Source: a virus
Length of the DNA stretch: 64,000 nt
Direction: 5' to 3' (one strand)
Virus record (IMG/VR): IMGVR_UViG_3300042445_001340
Span: 4,668 to 68,667 of that record
In this document: one piece after another, positions 38,285-46,850 of the stretch
Numbering within the stretch: the first letter of the stretch is position 1
Layout of the letters: each line of letters opens with the position of its first letter
The notes under the pieces: generated by a model
What the model was told of the DNA's origin: nothing
Databases searched by the model: none
The model's input: the letters and a program-made list of their open reading frames with translations, nothing else
Program-made: the position numbers and the translations under genes

Positions 38285-38449
38285 TTACAAATGCCTGCCA
38301 AAAGCACAGTAAACTTGAAACCACCTAGATTGTGCATAGGCCTCTGGGTCGGCATCCCAATAACCATTGCGGCCAAAAGTCACTTGCCAATCTCTAGAGA
38401 ATTGCCAGTGGTACTTGCCAAAACGAATATTAAACCATAGGTTGCTCAT
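38285..38449 (-). CDS. Small Trp-rich protein (54 aa, not in the ORF track)
   Basis: Own translation MSNLWFNIRFGKYHWQF...; fills the gap. Confidence 0.5.
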   Translation of the reverse strand: MSNLWFNIRFGKYHWQFSRDWQVTFGRNGYWDADPEAYAQSRWFQVYCAFGRHL

Positions 38450-38621
38450 GCTTAATACCAAAATGAGTTAAAATATTATTAATACCTTCGATATGGTCAG
38501 AAACATTAATGGTTTCCCACACAACTAATTCCACCAAAGTTTCTATAAATTTCTTTTGAGCGTCCCAACTATCGCTTTCTTGGGCAGCCTGACTCCATAA
38601 CTTTTCAACTATTGGATTCAT
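38430..38621 (-). CDS. Small hypothetical protein of the ...HFG family
   Basis: MNPIVEKLW...FIETLVELVVWE...ILTHFG, similar to 61630-61845. Confidence 0.55.
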   Translation of the reverse strand: MNPIVEKLWSQAAQESDSWDAQKKFIETLVELVVWETINVSDHIEGINNILTHFGIKHEQPMV

Positions 38622-38901
38622 GCTTATCCTTAATCTTGTCGTAGTAGTGTTGGATAATATCTTCACCTTCATTTTTGGCACAAATGTCTAACATACCGTC
38701 TATGATAGCCATGATGTTTTCCATGCTGGCTGGAACGGAGACACCTTCACGACTAGGAATCCAATCGCCTTCGTAGCTTAGAAAGAACTTACGAAGTTGT
38801 ATGTAAGTAACGTCACGAAAGTCATTAACGGCTAAACGAATCTGAAAACCTTTTTCCATGTTTTCATCAATGATTTTGCTGTACTGTATATTCTCGTCCA
38901 T
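38605..38901 (-). CDS. PC4/KELP-like ssDNA-binding transcriptional coactivator
   Basis: QIRLAVNDFRDVTYIQLRKFFLSYEGDWIPSREGVSVP. Confidence 0.8.
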   Translation of the reverse strand: MDENIQYSKIIDENMEKGFQIRLAVNDFRDVTYIQLRKFFLSYEGDWIPSREGVSVPASMENIMAIIDGMLDICAKNEGEDIIQHYYDKIKDKHESNS

Positions 38902-38902
38902 A

Positions 38903-39529
38903 TTAAATCCGTACTCCTAGATCGCGAAGATGCTGTAGTGAGGCAAGCTCATAATGCTCTTGCCATGCTGACTGCAACCACTTGTCTGACAGCAAAAAGA
39001 TTCGATAAATATATCCGTAACGCTCAGTGAGTTTTTCAGACTCAACGAGTGCAGTTGAATCGTATTTAACGGAGTACACAACCTCGCCTACACTAAAACG
39101 ATCACGCTGTGCACCGTCAGGAATCATTTCAGGATTAAAGTAGGTTGAACCAGGAACACGAATTGGTACTGCATTATCTTCTAGCACACGCTTGATAAAA
39201 GTTGGTGAGCGATAAGTCATTTTACTAATAGCATCCACAGTCTCGCCAGCCAAATATTCTGAGATAATATAAACAACGTCTTCACGACTAGCAGGCTTGC
39301 CACGCAGTTCAGCACGACGTTGAGCATTACGAGCTTGAGTCTTTTTATACTCATCAATAATAGTACCAAGACGAGTAGTATTGTACGCCATGCCAAGAAT
39401 CTGGCAAGCGTCTTTTTTAGTAATAGGTTTTACACCTTCTTCGGTAGGCTCAAGCAACCTAATAACTCGGCTAATGTTAGCCGGAGTCATCAAGTCTGCT
39501 TCCAGTTCGCTTCGTTTTTTAGTTGCCAT
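38903..39529 (-). CDS. Conserved T5-like HTH DNA-binding protein
   Basis: TKKDACQILGMAYNTTRL...YLAGETVDAISKMTYRS. Confidence 0.7.
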   Translation of the reverse strand: MATKKRSELEADLMTPANISRVIRLLEPTEEGVKPITKKDACQILGMAYNTTRLGTIIDEYKKTQARNAQRRAELRGKPASREDVVYIISEYLAGETVDAISKMTYRSPTFIKRVLEDNAVPIRVPGSTYFNPEMIPDGAQRDRFSVGEVVYSVKYDSTALVESEKLTERYGYIYRIFLLSDKWLQSAWQEHYELASLQHLRDLGVRI

Positions 39530-39572
39530 GATTGTTCCTTAAAAGACAAAGGCGGCATAAAGCCGCCTTGGA

Positions 39573-39944
39573 TTAACCTTTGATAACGCCCAAGAAGTAC
39601 ACTGCGGCTTTGCCAGTCAACTTAGACAAAATGTCTGCATCAACCGTTTTACCGGCGGCTTCAATAGCGGCGGTCAAGTCAGCAATAGCCGACTCTTTGC
39701 TTACACGAGCTGGTTTGTCACCAGTGGCCGATGTTTTGGTTTTGCTGGTAGAGCTTCCAGCAGCTGGGTCTTTTTTCACGTATACACCGGCTTGCACTAG
39801 TACCATACGCACGCCGTTAGGCGACATTTCGATTTCTTCGGCAATGTCTTTGATAATTTCTGTTGAATTTTCAGGAGTTGGGCCAGCACCTTCGTACTTG
39901 GCAATAACTTCGGATTTCAACTCATCTGTCCATGTAGCAGCCAT
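39573..39944 (-). CDS. D3: T5 D3-like DNA-binding protein
   Basis: WTDE...PTPENSTEI...SPNGVRMVLVQAGVYVKK...KLTGKAAVYF. Confidence 0.8.
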   Translation of the reverse strand: MAATWTDELKSEVIAKYEGAGPTPENSTEIIKDIAEEIEMSPNGVRMVLVQAGVYVKKDPAAGSSTSKTKTSATGDKPARVSKESAIADLTAAIEAAGKTVDADILSKLTGKAAVYFLGVIKG

Positions 39945-39964
39945 TTGTTTTCTTTCAGTTTTGT

Positions 39965-40258
39965 TTAAATGTGGTTTGTAGTTACGTCGGTCATTTTTTC
40001 TGGAAGGAATCGACGATAGTTATGCTTTAAGTCATACTTTTGCATAATACTTATTTTAGCATTATACTGCTCAGCAAGCAAGTCACGATATTCGCTGGTA
40101 AATTCAGCGAACAGGGCTTCGGGCATATCAGAAATGTCAATGCCTTCAAAGTGCTTGCAGGGTTGCAGGACTTCGATTACTGCACGATCACTGGTTGTGC
40201 CGTCTGCTTTTGTGTATTTGAATTCTACGAGTTTCATGTTGTTTGCCTTTTGTATCAA
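39965..40258 (-). CDS. Hypothetical protein
   Basis: FKYTKADGTTSDR...YRRF. Confidence 0.6.
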   Translation of the reverse strand: MIQKANNMKLVEFKYTKADGTTSDRAVIEVLQPCKHFEGIDISDMPEALFAEFTSEYRDLLAEQYNAKISIMQKYDLKHNYRRFLPEKMTDVTTNHI

Positions 40259-40269
40259 TCTAAGTATAT

Positions 40270-40298
40270 ATTATACAGTGATTGACTGTGTGACTCAA
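40270..40298 (-). promoter_or_regulatory. sigma70-type promoter
   Basis: TTGAGT-17-TATAAT. Confidence 0.65.
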
Positions 40299-40309
40299 GT
40301 TAGAAATTT

Positions 40310-40570
40310 TTAATCTTGTTTAAAAATCTCGCGCCGCAAGCCTGTTTGAAAACGCTGGGCTATTGTTTCGCTGAGCATTGGAGGTACGAGCAATGGGGCA
40401 ACTATAGCACTTAGTAAAATATACACTACTGTACTAATTATACGGTATTCTGTAAAACTGTTTTGTATGCCCTCAGCTTTAGCCTGCTGCACCATAGGCC
40501 AAAACCATAAATAACAAGCAGCAATTGCAGTACTAAATGCAAATAGCAAATAGTAACCAATCAATTCCAT
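40310..40570 (-). CDS. Two-TM membrane protein
   Basis: Two hydrophobic segments. Confidence 0.6.
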   Translation of the reverse strand: MELIGYYLLFAFSTAIAACYLWFWPMVQQAKAEGIQNSFTEYRIISTVVYILLSAIVAPLLVPPMLSETIAQRFQTGLRREIFKQD

Positions 40571-40947
40571 GTATTAGCCTTACGCATAAAAGCGCGAGCA
40601 CCAAGTGAGAAATCAACCTTGCCTTGTGGCAGGTTTACAAACTGTTTAGTGTTGGGTGTTGCCAGTGCTGCTTGCTGCACCTTAGGGTTGTTGGAAAACA
40701 ATTCTTTTGGAGCACTACCACGAAAATACTTAAATAGTTTAGCCAAGCGAATTGCGCTATGAGACCACTGTGGTGTCACAGGCTTGGTACGAACCTGACC
40801 AGTTTCTAGTACAGCATTTTGCAGTTGCACATTATTTGGCTGAGACTTCAGCAAACGTGTAAGCCTGCGCTTGCGATTGGCTTGGGTGCGACTTACTGCG
40901 GTTGAGGGTCCGGTGCTTGCTGGGGCTTTTTGAGGTTTTGTTGCCAT
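40561..40947 (-). CDS. Basic hypothetical protein
   Basis: NRKRRLTRLLKSQPNN motif. Confidence 0.6.
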   Translation of the reverse strand: MATKPQKAPASTGPSTAVSRTQANRKRRLTRLLKSQPNNVQLQNAVLETGQVRTKPVTPQWSHSAIRLAKLFKYFRGSAPKELFSNNPKVQQAALATPNTKQFVNLPQGKVDFSLGARAFMRKANTWN

Positions 40948-40948
40948 T

Positions 40949-41179
40949 TTATAACTTTCGTATTTTGAATTGAGTTTTATTAGTGTCTATTGGCACGAGT
41001 TCTACTGCACGAGCTTGGGCTAAAAACTCCAATGTTTTAAAGGCTTCGGCATATGTTTGGATCATTTCGCCCTGCTCGTTTACTATGTGGGTTACGGTTT
41101 CTAGTAATTGAAGCGTAACCGGCTGAAACTCACCAGTAAGCAGCTCGCTGAACAGCTTGTTGAACGGATTCTGGGTCAT
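40949..41179 (-). CDS. Hypothetical protein
   Basis: Packed ORF. Confidence 0.5.
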   Translation of the reverse strand: MTQNPFNKLFSELLTGEFQPVTLQLLETVTHIVNEQGEMIQTYAEAFKTLEFLAQARAVELVPIDTNKTQFKIRKL

Positions 41180-41495
41180 GTCGGACTTCGTCATTTTCAA
41201 CATAGGCTTCTGAGGTACTTTCTACATAAGATTCAAGTTGTCGGGCAAGAGTAAGTTTGTCGCTGATTCTGACTACTTCTAATAGTGCTGCGATTAGGTC
41301 TGGAATATTGTCTACTGCGATTGGCATATAACGGCCACAACTGTCTGAGATGGCTGCTTCGTCAGTACCACCTGCGTTAGTACCAAACTCTACAAAGTTG
41401 TAGTAAAAGTTACCTTGAGCATCAGGGCCAAAAAGGTTATCATCACCAAATAAATCGACGTCATTGGGTGGAACTTGAGCAAAATTAATTTTCAT
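41130..41495 (-). CDS. Hypothetical protein
   Basis: 121-aa ORF downstream of the promoter at 41532-41560. Confidence 0.6.
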   Translation of the reverse strand: MKINFAQVPPNDVDLFGDDNLFGPDAQGNFYYNFVEFGTNAGGTDEAAISDSCGRYMPIAVDNIPDLIAALLEVVRISDKLTLARQLESYVESTSEAYVENDEVRHDPESVQQAVQRAAYW

Positions 41496-41531
41496 GTGTT
41501 TTAAATGGTTGGGTTGCGTTGTTAAAGAATA

Positions 41532-41560
41532 ATTATACTAAAAAGTAATCAAAGTTTCAA
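41532..41560 (-). promoter_or_regulatory. sigma70-type promoter
   Basis: TTGAAA-17-TATAAT. Confidence 0.75.
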
Positions 41561-41578
41561 GTGAATATTTATGCAAAC

Positions 41579-41607
41579 AAAAAAGCCCCTCCAAAACTGG
41601 AAGGGCT
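41579..41607 (-). terminator. Terminator after the tRNA(CAT)
   Basis: agcccttcca...tggaggggct followed by T6 on the minus strand. Confidence 0.7.
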
Positions 41608-41614
41608 CTATGCA

Positions 41615-41689
41615 TGGTGCGCTGACTAGGAATTGAACCTAGACTCAATGAATTATGAGTTCACTGCTTTACCATTAAGCTATCAGCGC
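41615..41689 (-). tRNA. tRNA with CAT anticodon (Ile2 or elongator Met)
   Basis: GCGCTGA/TCAGCGC-ACCA; loop CTCATAA. Confidence 0.9.
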
Positions 41690-42213
41690 ACTTTAACTTG
41701 TTTCTTTACTTCTTCTAGTGAAATAGGAGTATAGTTGATACGTTCCATGCTAACATTAAAATAACGCGAGTCTGGGATTTGTGCTAGCGGTAGTTTTACC
41801 ACATTGTGGTGTAAGTGCCCATGCACGTTTAGTCCCCAGCGAGCTAAGCTTTCTGGGTGAATTGGAATATGTGTTAAGATCATTCCATCAAACTGATGAC
41901 TTCCACGAATGTCTTTGAAGTGGTCAATGTACCTGCCAGGCTTGGCTAGATCATGATTGCCCTTAATCAAAACTTTTTCGCCATTCATGCGACGTAGGAT
42001 TTCTAGTGCTTCTATGGTAGTTTGCATACTAACATCACCTAAAAAGTACACCTTGTCATGTGGCTTAACCACTGAGTTATGGCAGTTGACCATATGCTCG
42101 TTCATGTGATGTACGTCATCAAACTCACGCAGCGGAGTTCCGTTACCTTGCTTGAATGTGAGTATGTTGGCATGGTGAAAGTGGTGGTCACTTGCAAAAA
42201 AGATATTAGCCAT
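41683..42213 (-). CDS. Calcineurin-like metallophosphoesterase
   Basis: SDHHFHH, LGD, KGNHD, THIP, HGHLH, NVSME. Confidence 0.9.
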   Translation of the reverse strand: MANIFFASDHHFHHANILTFKQGNGTPLREFDDVHHMNEHMVNCHNSVVKPHDKVYFLGDVSMQTTIEALEILRRMNGEKVLIKGNHDLAKPGRYIDHFKDIRGSHQFDGMILTHIPIHPESLARWGLNVHGHLHHNVVKLPLAQIPDSRYFNVSMERINYTPISLEEVKKQVKVR

Positions 42214-42509
42214 TAGTAAGTCTCCCAGCTTGTGTCACTGCCAACGCGGTGGCCGTCGTGCAGTTCTGGATCGTAAACTTCCCACCAGCCTTCGATTCCT
42301 TCTGAATAAGATTCGTCATCTTCGTCAAAGTCTTCGGTATCCACATATTCCTCACGAGGATAAATACCATACATTTCAGCATGGTCTTTAGCAAGTTGCC
42401 AGGCAAAATCTGATAGCTCGGTATCCGACACGTTATCCGGAACTAGCCAAAAGCCCCAGCTGTCAGTGCCTGCCATGCCAGCATCCATTCCAATAACGAT
42501 CTTACGCAT
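42213..42509 (-). CDS. Acidic hypothetical protein
   Basis: Start reassigned to MRKIVIG, downstream of the promoter at 42547-42575 and SD aagga. Confidence 0.6.
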   Translation of the reverse strand: MRKIVIGMDAGMAGTDSWGFWLVPDNVSDTELSDFAWQLAKDHAEMYGIYPREEYVDTEDFDEDDESYSEGIEGWWEVYDPELHDGHRVGSDTSWETY

Positions 42510-42546
42510 ACAAATCCTTAAATAAATAATCCCCGAAACAGTAATT

Positions 42547-42575
42547 ATTATACCGCGTTCGGGGATTATGTTCAA
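42547..42575 (-). promoter_or_regulatory. sigma70-type promoter
   Basis: TTGAAC-17-TATAAT. Confidence 0.75.
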
Positions 42576-42601
42576 GTGTAAAATTATTACGGTTTAAGTT
42601 A

Positions 42602-43177
42602 CTACAAAACAGCATCGACTTTACGACGAGTAATATCAGCAAAGCCAGGAATGGCAACCGCTTGTGGGTGGTGCTTCTTGATGATTGCATCTTGCTTGGG
42701 GCCTGCGGTGTCGCCTTTCCAATGAACTGCGGCAGAAGTAAGTTGCGCGCCTTCAGGCCACTTTTGAAAGGTGAGCATTGCGTAACCTTTGGTGGAGAAG
42801 CCAAAACCCCGACCGCCATGTGTCTGGCTTTCTTTTGTCTTTCCTCCGAACATACCCCACTCGCTGGACAATCCGCTTGCTAGTCGGTCCCCAAGACATC
42901 CGCCGCCGAGGCGAATTATTACTGCCTCCATTTCTGGGTGCGAGTGAACTGGAATAGCTATGTTGGGATGGACCAAGTAGAGTTCGACTTGATATGGTGC
43001 TTTTCTGAAGAGGCAGATTGCGGTGGCGTCATCCGACGCAATGACCTCAGCGTCCCAGGGAATCATCAGCGGCTGGCCGCTTCGCATGTACCAATCTGCG
43101 AAGTCCTCGATACAGGGCCAACTTTCTGGGACCTGTACCTTCGAGAAATACTCGCCAGGATCAAACGCCTTTATCAT
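42602..43177 (-). CDS. Cupin-like protein (GC-rich cassette)
   Basis: YQVELYLVHPNIAIPVHSHPEME His motif. Confidence 0.6.
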   Translation of the reverse strand: MIKAFDPGEYFSKVQVPESWPCIEDFADWYMRSGQPLMIPWDAEVIASDDATAICLFRKAPYQVELYLVHPNIAIPVHSHPEMEAVIIRLGGGCLGDRLASGLSSEWGMFGGKTKESQTHGGRGFGFSTKGYAMLTFQKWPEGAQLTSAAVHWKGDTAGPKQDAIIKKHHPQAVAIPGFADITRRKVDAVL

Positions 43178-43542
43178 GCGGCGGGCTTGTCGCTCAAACG
43201 ACGCAGCATCTGGCGAAGCTCGACACCGCTAGGCACCATATCCGGGGAGATGATATCGTCGGACTCGCTGTCCCCGCGCAGTGCATGGATGCAGTAGACC
43301 ACCGCGTCGTCAGTTAGGGCCGTCAGCTTGTGAACCTTGTCGGCTCTAATCCAGATCATGTGCGGAGCCACAAAATCTGTAGTTCGACCATCAACTTCCA
43401 CACGGACTGAGCCTTTGCCAAGCAAAGATAGATGGTCGTATGGGTGAGTGTGCCCCTGCTCAACATCCCCTGCGTTTGCAAAGTGCATTTGCCGCACGAA
43501 GACGTTGCATGTCACGCCAATATTGGTGGTTGGTTGGTTCAT
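43174..43542 (-). CDS. Cupin-domain protein (GC-rich cassette)
   Basis: GHTHPYDHLSLLGKGSV...HKLTAL...YCIHALR. Confidence 0.8.
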   Translation of the reverse strand: MNQPTTNIGVTCNVFVRQMHFANAGDVEQGHTHPYDHLSLLGKGSVRVEVDGRTTDFVAPHMIWIRADKVHKLTALTDDAVVYCIHALRGDSESDDIISPDMVPSGVELRQMLRRLSDKPAA

Positions 43543-43550
43543 GAGTGACC

Positions 43551-44189
43551 TCAGATTTGGGTTGAAGGAATGGCACCAAAGGGCTCGGGGAAAATAGCCT
43601 TTGGGTCGATGGCCTCAACAACTTCGATGGTGAGCGCCGCTTCCACCTGCTCGACAAGAACCTTTTCCTTGTCAAAGCAGTCTTGCGTGTGTACAACAAG
43701 CGCAGAAAAAAGATTGCCTGCGACCTGCTCGTCGAGAACAGTAAATCCGCCCGTTGCGGTTTTCCACTGAACACTCGCCAGTACACCGCTTTTCATTGCG
43801 GCGTAGACGACAGACACGGCGGCCAGCGCCTGCTTGCCTGAGTCGAACGCAACGCCACTCAACTCGATTCCAGAGGATTCTTTTGCATATCTCCACTGTG
43901 CAATCTCCGAGAGCTTTTCTGCCTTTTTCGATTGCAGGGTAGGCTCAATCGGCGTTGGTGGGATGTACTCACCTGTCGTGCCAACTTCAACATCTACAAC
44001 TGTCGCATCCTGATCCGACCAAAAAGCGACAGGCGCGTACATGGCTACAACTGATTCGAGCTGCTCGCCCTCGTATGGTAGGCGAGCACCAACGTGCATT
44101 GTCTGTCGGCCCTCACTGGAGTAAACGATTTCCATGCAGCGTGCTGTCGAATCAACCGAAACGATTTGATATGTGTATGAAATGTTCAA
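43551..44189 (-). CDS. Tail-fibre assembly/chaperone-like protein (DUF4376-like C-terminus)
   Basis: TTG start overlapping the upstream TGA, SD aggag; KAEKLSEIAQWRYAKE.SGI...WKTA.GGF...HTQDCFDKE. Confidence 0.7.
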   Translation of the reverse strand: MNISYTYQIVSVDSTARCMEIVYSSEGRQTMHVGARLPYEGEQLESVVAMYAPVAFWSDQDATVVDVEVGTTGEYIPPTPIEPTLQSKKAEKLSEIAQWRYAKESSGIELSGVAFDSGKQALAAVSVVYAAMKSGVLASVQWKTATGGFTVLDEQVAGNLFSALVVHTQDCFDKEKVLVEQVEAALTIEVVEAIDPKAIFPEPFGAIPSTQI

Positions 44190-45073
44190 GATATTGCTCC
44201 TAGGCGAGTTCCTGTCGCCAACCACGTTACGTTTGAATTGCCGCTAACGGCTGCGCCTGCGCTACCGCCTGCTGTCTGGCGGTTATATCCCACATACTGC
44301 CCTGTTGATCCAGCGGCACCCCAGTTACCTCCGGCACCGCCAGCGCCAGATATTGCACTTGGGCCACCGCTACTGGCTACGAACTGAGCGCCGCCAGCGC
44401 CTGCGGCGGTCGAAGTTCCACCTGCGCCGTTATACCCTCCTAAGCCACCAGCCGTGTCGGCACCTGCACCAGTTCGTCCGCCACCGCCACCGCCACCTCG
44501 AGCTTGTACAAAATAACCGTAATCTCCAGACACCGCATGGCCATCACCACCGCCGCCGCCACCTCCACCTCCACCTATGGTGTTGTTGTTTCTTACAGAC
44601 ACTGCAATAGATACAGACAGCGCCAAATTGCCGGTGCTGCCTGCTGTTCCGGTCGAATTGTAGTACGAACCATTACCCCCGTTACCACCTCGGCCAATAA
44701 TGAAGCCGTTGTTCGTTAGCTCCACTCCATTGGGAAAGGAGCCATTTACCGTCAGCGCAGGAGTGCCAGCAGTATTGCTTGAGATATAAACGCCAGAATT
44801 TATGGTGGCAATGACCTTGTTGCTGGCATTCCACCCAGCGTTAAGTGCCAGAGTGCGCAAGTTCGCGTTGGTCTGGTTGCTGCTGATCGTCAAGTTGAAT
44901 TGGTTCGCCTTGCCGTAGCCCTCCGACAGTGAGATAGTGGAGGTGGGATTGTAAAAACCTTTGAATAAAGTGTGGACCTCTGGATCATTCATGCTAATTG
45001 AAGCCGTCGCAGATCGGCCCAACTCGACGTTGACTTGGCTCAAGGAGATTGCACCGGATGATGGTAGTGCCAT
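44186..45073 (-). CDS. Glycine-rich tail-tip adhesin (T-even gp38-like architecture)
   Basis: MALPSSGAISLSQVNVELG; NNGFIIGRGGNGG; poly-Gly tracts; C-terminal TWLATGTRLG. Confidence 0.75.
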   Translation of the reverse strand: MALPSSGAISLSQVNVELGRSATASISMNDPEVHTLFKGFYNPTSTISLSEGYGKANQFNLTISSNQTNANLRTLALNAGWNASNKVIATINSGVYISSNTAGTPALTVNGSFPNGVELTNNGFIIGRGGNGGNGSYYNSTGTAGSTGNLALSVSIAVSVRNNNTIGGGGGGGGGGDGHAVSGDYGYFVQARGGGGGGGRTGAGADTAGGLGGYNGAGGTSTAAGAGGAQFVASSGGPSAISGAGGAGGNWGAAGSTGQYVGYNRQTAGGSAGAAVSGNSNVTWLATGTRLGAIS

Positions 45074-45127
45074 AAGCAGTACTCCTGTGTTAGTGGGCAC
45101 AAACAAAAATACCCTAAATCTAGAACT

Positions 45128-45156
45128 ATTATACTAGATTTAGGGTAGGTTTGCAA
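45128..45156 (-). promoter_or_regulatory. sigma70-type promoter for the adhesin cassette
   Basis: TTGCAA-17-TATAAT. Confidence 0.7.
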
Positions 45157-45170
45157 ATCAAAATTTTTGG

Positions 45171-45245
45171 TGGTACACGGTGACAGTTTCGAACTGCCGA
45201 CCCTCTCGGTGTAAACGAGACGCTCTACCACTGAGCTAACCGTGC
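45171..45245 (-). tRNA. tRNA-Val(TAC)
   Basis: Cloverleaf, loop TTTACAC, encoded CCA. Confidence 0.92.
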
Positions 45246-45250
45246 GTAAC

Positions 45251-45324
45251 TGGAGCAGGGTACCGGGATCGAACCGGTGTCACCAACTTGGAAGGATGGG
45301 GCACAGCCACTATACCAACCCTGC
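45251..45324 (-). tRNA. tRNA-Gly(TCC)
   Basis: Loop CTTCCAA, ends TCCA. Confidence 0.9.
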
Positions 45325-45327
45325 ACA

Positions 45328-45534
45328 TTAATTTAACATTTGTGGCACATAGCCAGTATCGGGACCACTAGCACCAGGTTTGCCTACCATGTTAGCATAA
45401 TCACTGACCATGGTAACAAAAGTACTGCCAGCGGCTCGTTCTGTGGCACAAAATTCTAAGGCTTTATTAAGGCTAGGGGTTATTGCCCAGCCTGTGCGAC
45501 CACCTTGAGTAGTCCAGTAAACTTTATACATCAT
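45328..45534 (-). CDS. Small hypothetical protein
   Basis: YKVYWT...FVTMVSD...VGKPG. Confidence 0.6.
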   Translation of the reverse strand: MMYKVYWTTQGGRTGWAITPSLNKALEFCATERAAGSTFVTMVSDYANMVGKPGASGPDTGYVPQMLN

Positions 45535-45564
45535 AATTTTGCTACTTTGGCGCCAAGATAAAGG

Positions 45565-45640
45565 TGGTGCGGGCTACAGGGTTCGAACCTGCGACATCCT
45601 CGTTGGCAACGAGGTGCTCTACCAGCTGAGCTAAGCACGC
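45565..45640 (-). tRNA. tRNA-Gly(GCC)
   Basis: Loop TTGCCAA; discriminator A. Confidence 0.88.
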
Positions 45641-45641
45641 A

Positions 45642-45950
45642 TTAAAAGGGCACATCATCGTCTTGAATACTGCGAATCATTTCGCGTTCTTGCTTGACTA
45701 AATCGTCTTCAAGCCAAGGTTTGACTTCCTGCTCTTCATGAATCTTCCAAGCTGCAAAACTAGCCTGCTCTTGGATTAGTTCAATTGCCTCAGGCTGAAA
45801 CTTAACATAACCAGACTTTTCTGCCCAGATTAAATATTCGTAGTGATCTTGAGCTACATCACAAATTCTGCATCCGGCTAGTTTGCCAAATGTTATTGTG
45901 TCGGTTAAACCCAGTTTAGGATTTTTGATGTTTTTGAATGATATTGCCAT
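45642..45950 (-). CDS. Small protein with an FGK...YL.W domain (ExoX C-terminal/DUF3820-like) and SSB-like DDDVPF tail
   Basis: ITFGKLAGCRICDVAQDHYEYLIWA; C-terminal DDDVPF. Confidence 0.65.
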   Translation of the reverse strand: MAISFKNIKNPKLGLTDTITFGKLAGCRICDVAQDHYEYLIWAEKSGYVKFQPEAIELIQEQASFAAWKIHEEQEVKPWLEDDLVKQEREMIRSIQDDDVPF

Positions 45951-46045
45951 ATATTAGAAAACAGCCCTTACCCCGATGATGTTATCGTTGGACAACAGGT
46001 ATCTCCCCTGCTTTTTTATAATGGATGCTATTTTCTAATATATGG
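45947..46045 (-). ncRNA. Stem-enclosed RNA cassette A
   Basis: 19-bp stem CCAUAUAUUAGAAAAUAGC/GCUGUUUUCUAAUAUAUGG (1 GU). Confidence 0.65.
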
Positions 46046-46134
46046 CGGGTGGCAGAGGAGTCGAACCCCATCCCGTTTCCGAGAACCTGGTTTTCAAGGC
46101 CAGTCGCAGGACCAACCCCGCTGCATTACCACCC
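46043..46134 (-). tRNA. tRNA-Ser(TGA)
   Basis: Long variable arm, loop CTTGAAA, ends GCCA. Confidence 0.9.
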
Positions 46135-46139
46135 ACGTT

Positions 46140-46727
46140 TTATTCTTTTGTTTCCGATTCTGCTTCGCGCTTGGCTTGCATGGCAGTTAAACGCTTGACT
46201 ACTTCTTCTGATCCCATCCAAATGTCTTTGTTGTGCATCATTGAGGATATTTCTTCACTAGTCAAAAAGTCCTGGTACACTTCAGTCATGAAGTTTTCCG
46301 ACCACGTACGTTCAAATTGCAGTTGATCGTACATTTCACCACCTTTGCCAAATGTTCCGGCTGAGTAGTTGTGAAACATAAATAAGCTGTGTGGTGTGAC
46401 TTCTTGACTATGACCATGTAGGAAAATCATGGTAGCTGCACTCATGCAAGCACCTTCTACACTGCACACAATAGTGGCTTCTGTTTCACCCATTACACGC
46501 AAAAACTGTAGTGTGGTAAAAAGATCACCACCAGGTGAGTTAATATAAATACGAACTGTATCGGTTGCACTAGCATTTCTGATTACATCAAACCATTCAA
46601 TGTATTCTTCAGCATCACAAATTTCGCCACTTAAGTAGAACTCATGAACATGTGCAACTGGTTTTGTAAAATTGTTAGAAAACTTGTCGGTTTGAAACAA
46701 TTTAGGGTCGAGAAAGTTAGATCGCAT
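46140..46727 (-). CDS. clpP: ClpP-like serine protease
   Basis: IYINSPGG, GACMSAAT (catalytic Ser), FMFH (His), DIWMGSEE. Confidence 0.85.
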   Translation of the reverse strand: MRSNFLDPKLFQTDKFSNNFTKPVAHVHEFYLSGEICDAEEYIEWFDVIRNASATDTVRIYINSPGGDLFTTLQFLRVMGETEATIVCSVEGACMSAATMIFLHGHSQEVTPHSLFMFHNYSAGTFGKGGEMYDQLQFERTWSENFMTEVYQDFLTSEEISSMMHNKDIWMGSEEVVKRLTAMQAKREAESETKE

Positions 46728-46737
46728 AAGTTCCTTT

Positions 46738-46850
46738 ACTATAGTTTAACATACTACCCATGCTGGGTGCTCCCAGTTACCCGCGGAAGGTGTGCTGCAG
46801 TCTACTCCGCATATATGCATTAAGTGGCAAGTAATATGCTAAACTATAGT
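46738..46850 (-). ncRNA. Stem-enclosed RNA cassette B between tmRNA and clpP
   Basis: 20-bp closing stem (2 GU); internal helices GCGGAG/UUCCGC and CUGGG/CCCAG. Confidence 0.65.

Noticed and set aside
42602-45245. Integrative element at tRNA-Val
   Set aside because: There is no integrase and no duplicated tRNA 3' end at the far boundary. It is kept only as a compositionally foreign cassette.
46043-46134. Possible selenocysteine or suppressor tRNA
   Set aside because: The anticodon is TGA (reads UCA, Ser), not TCA. No CTA, TTA or TCA anticodons were found, and genes are intact in code 11, so there is no sign of recoding.
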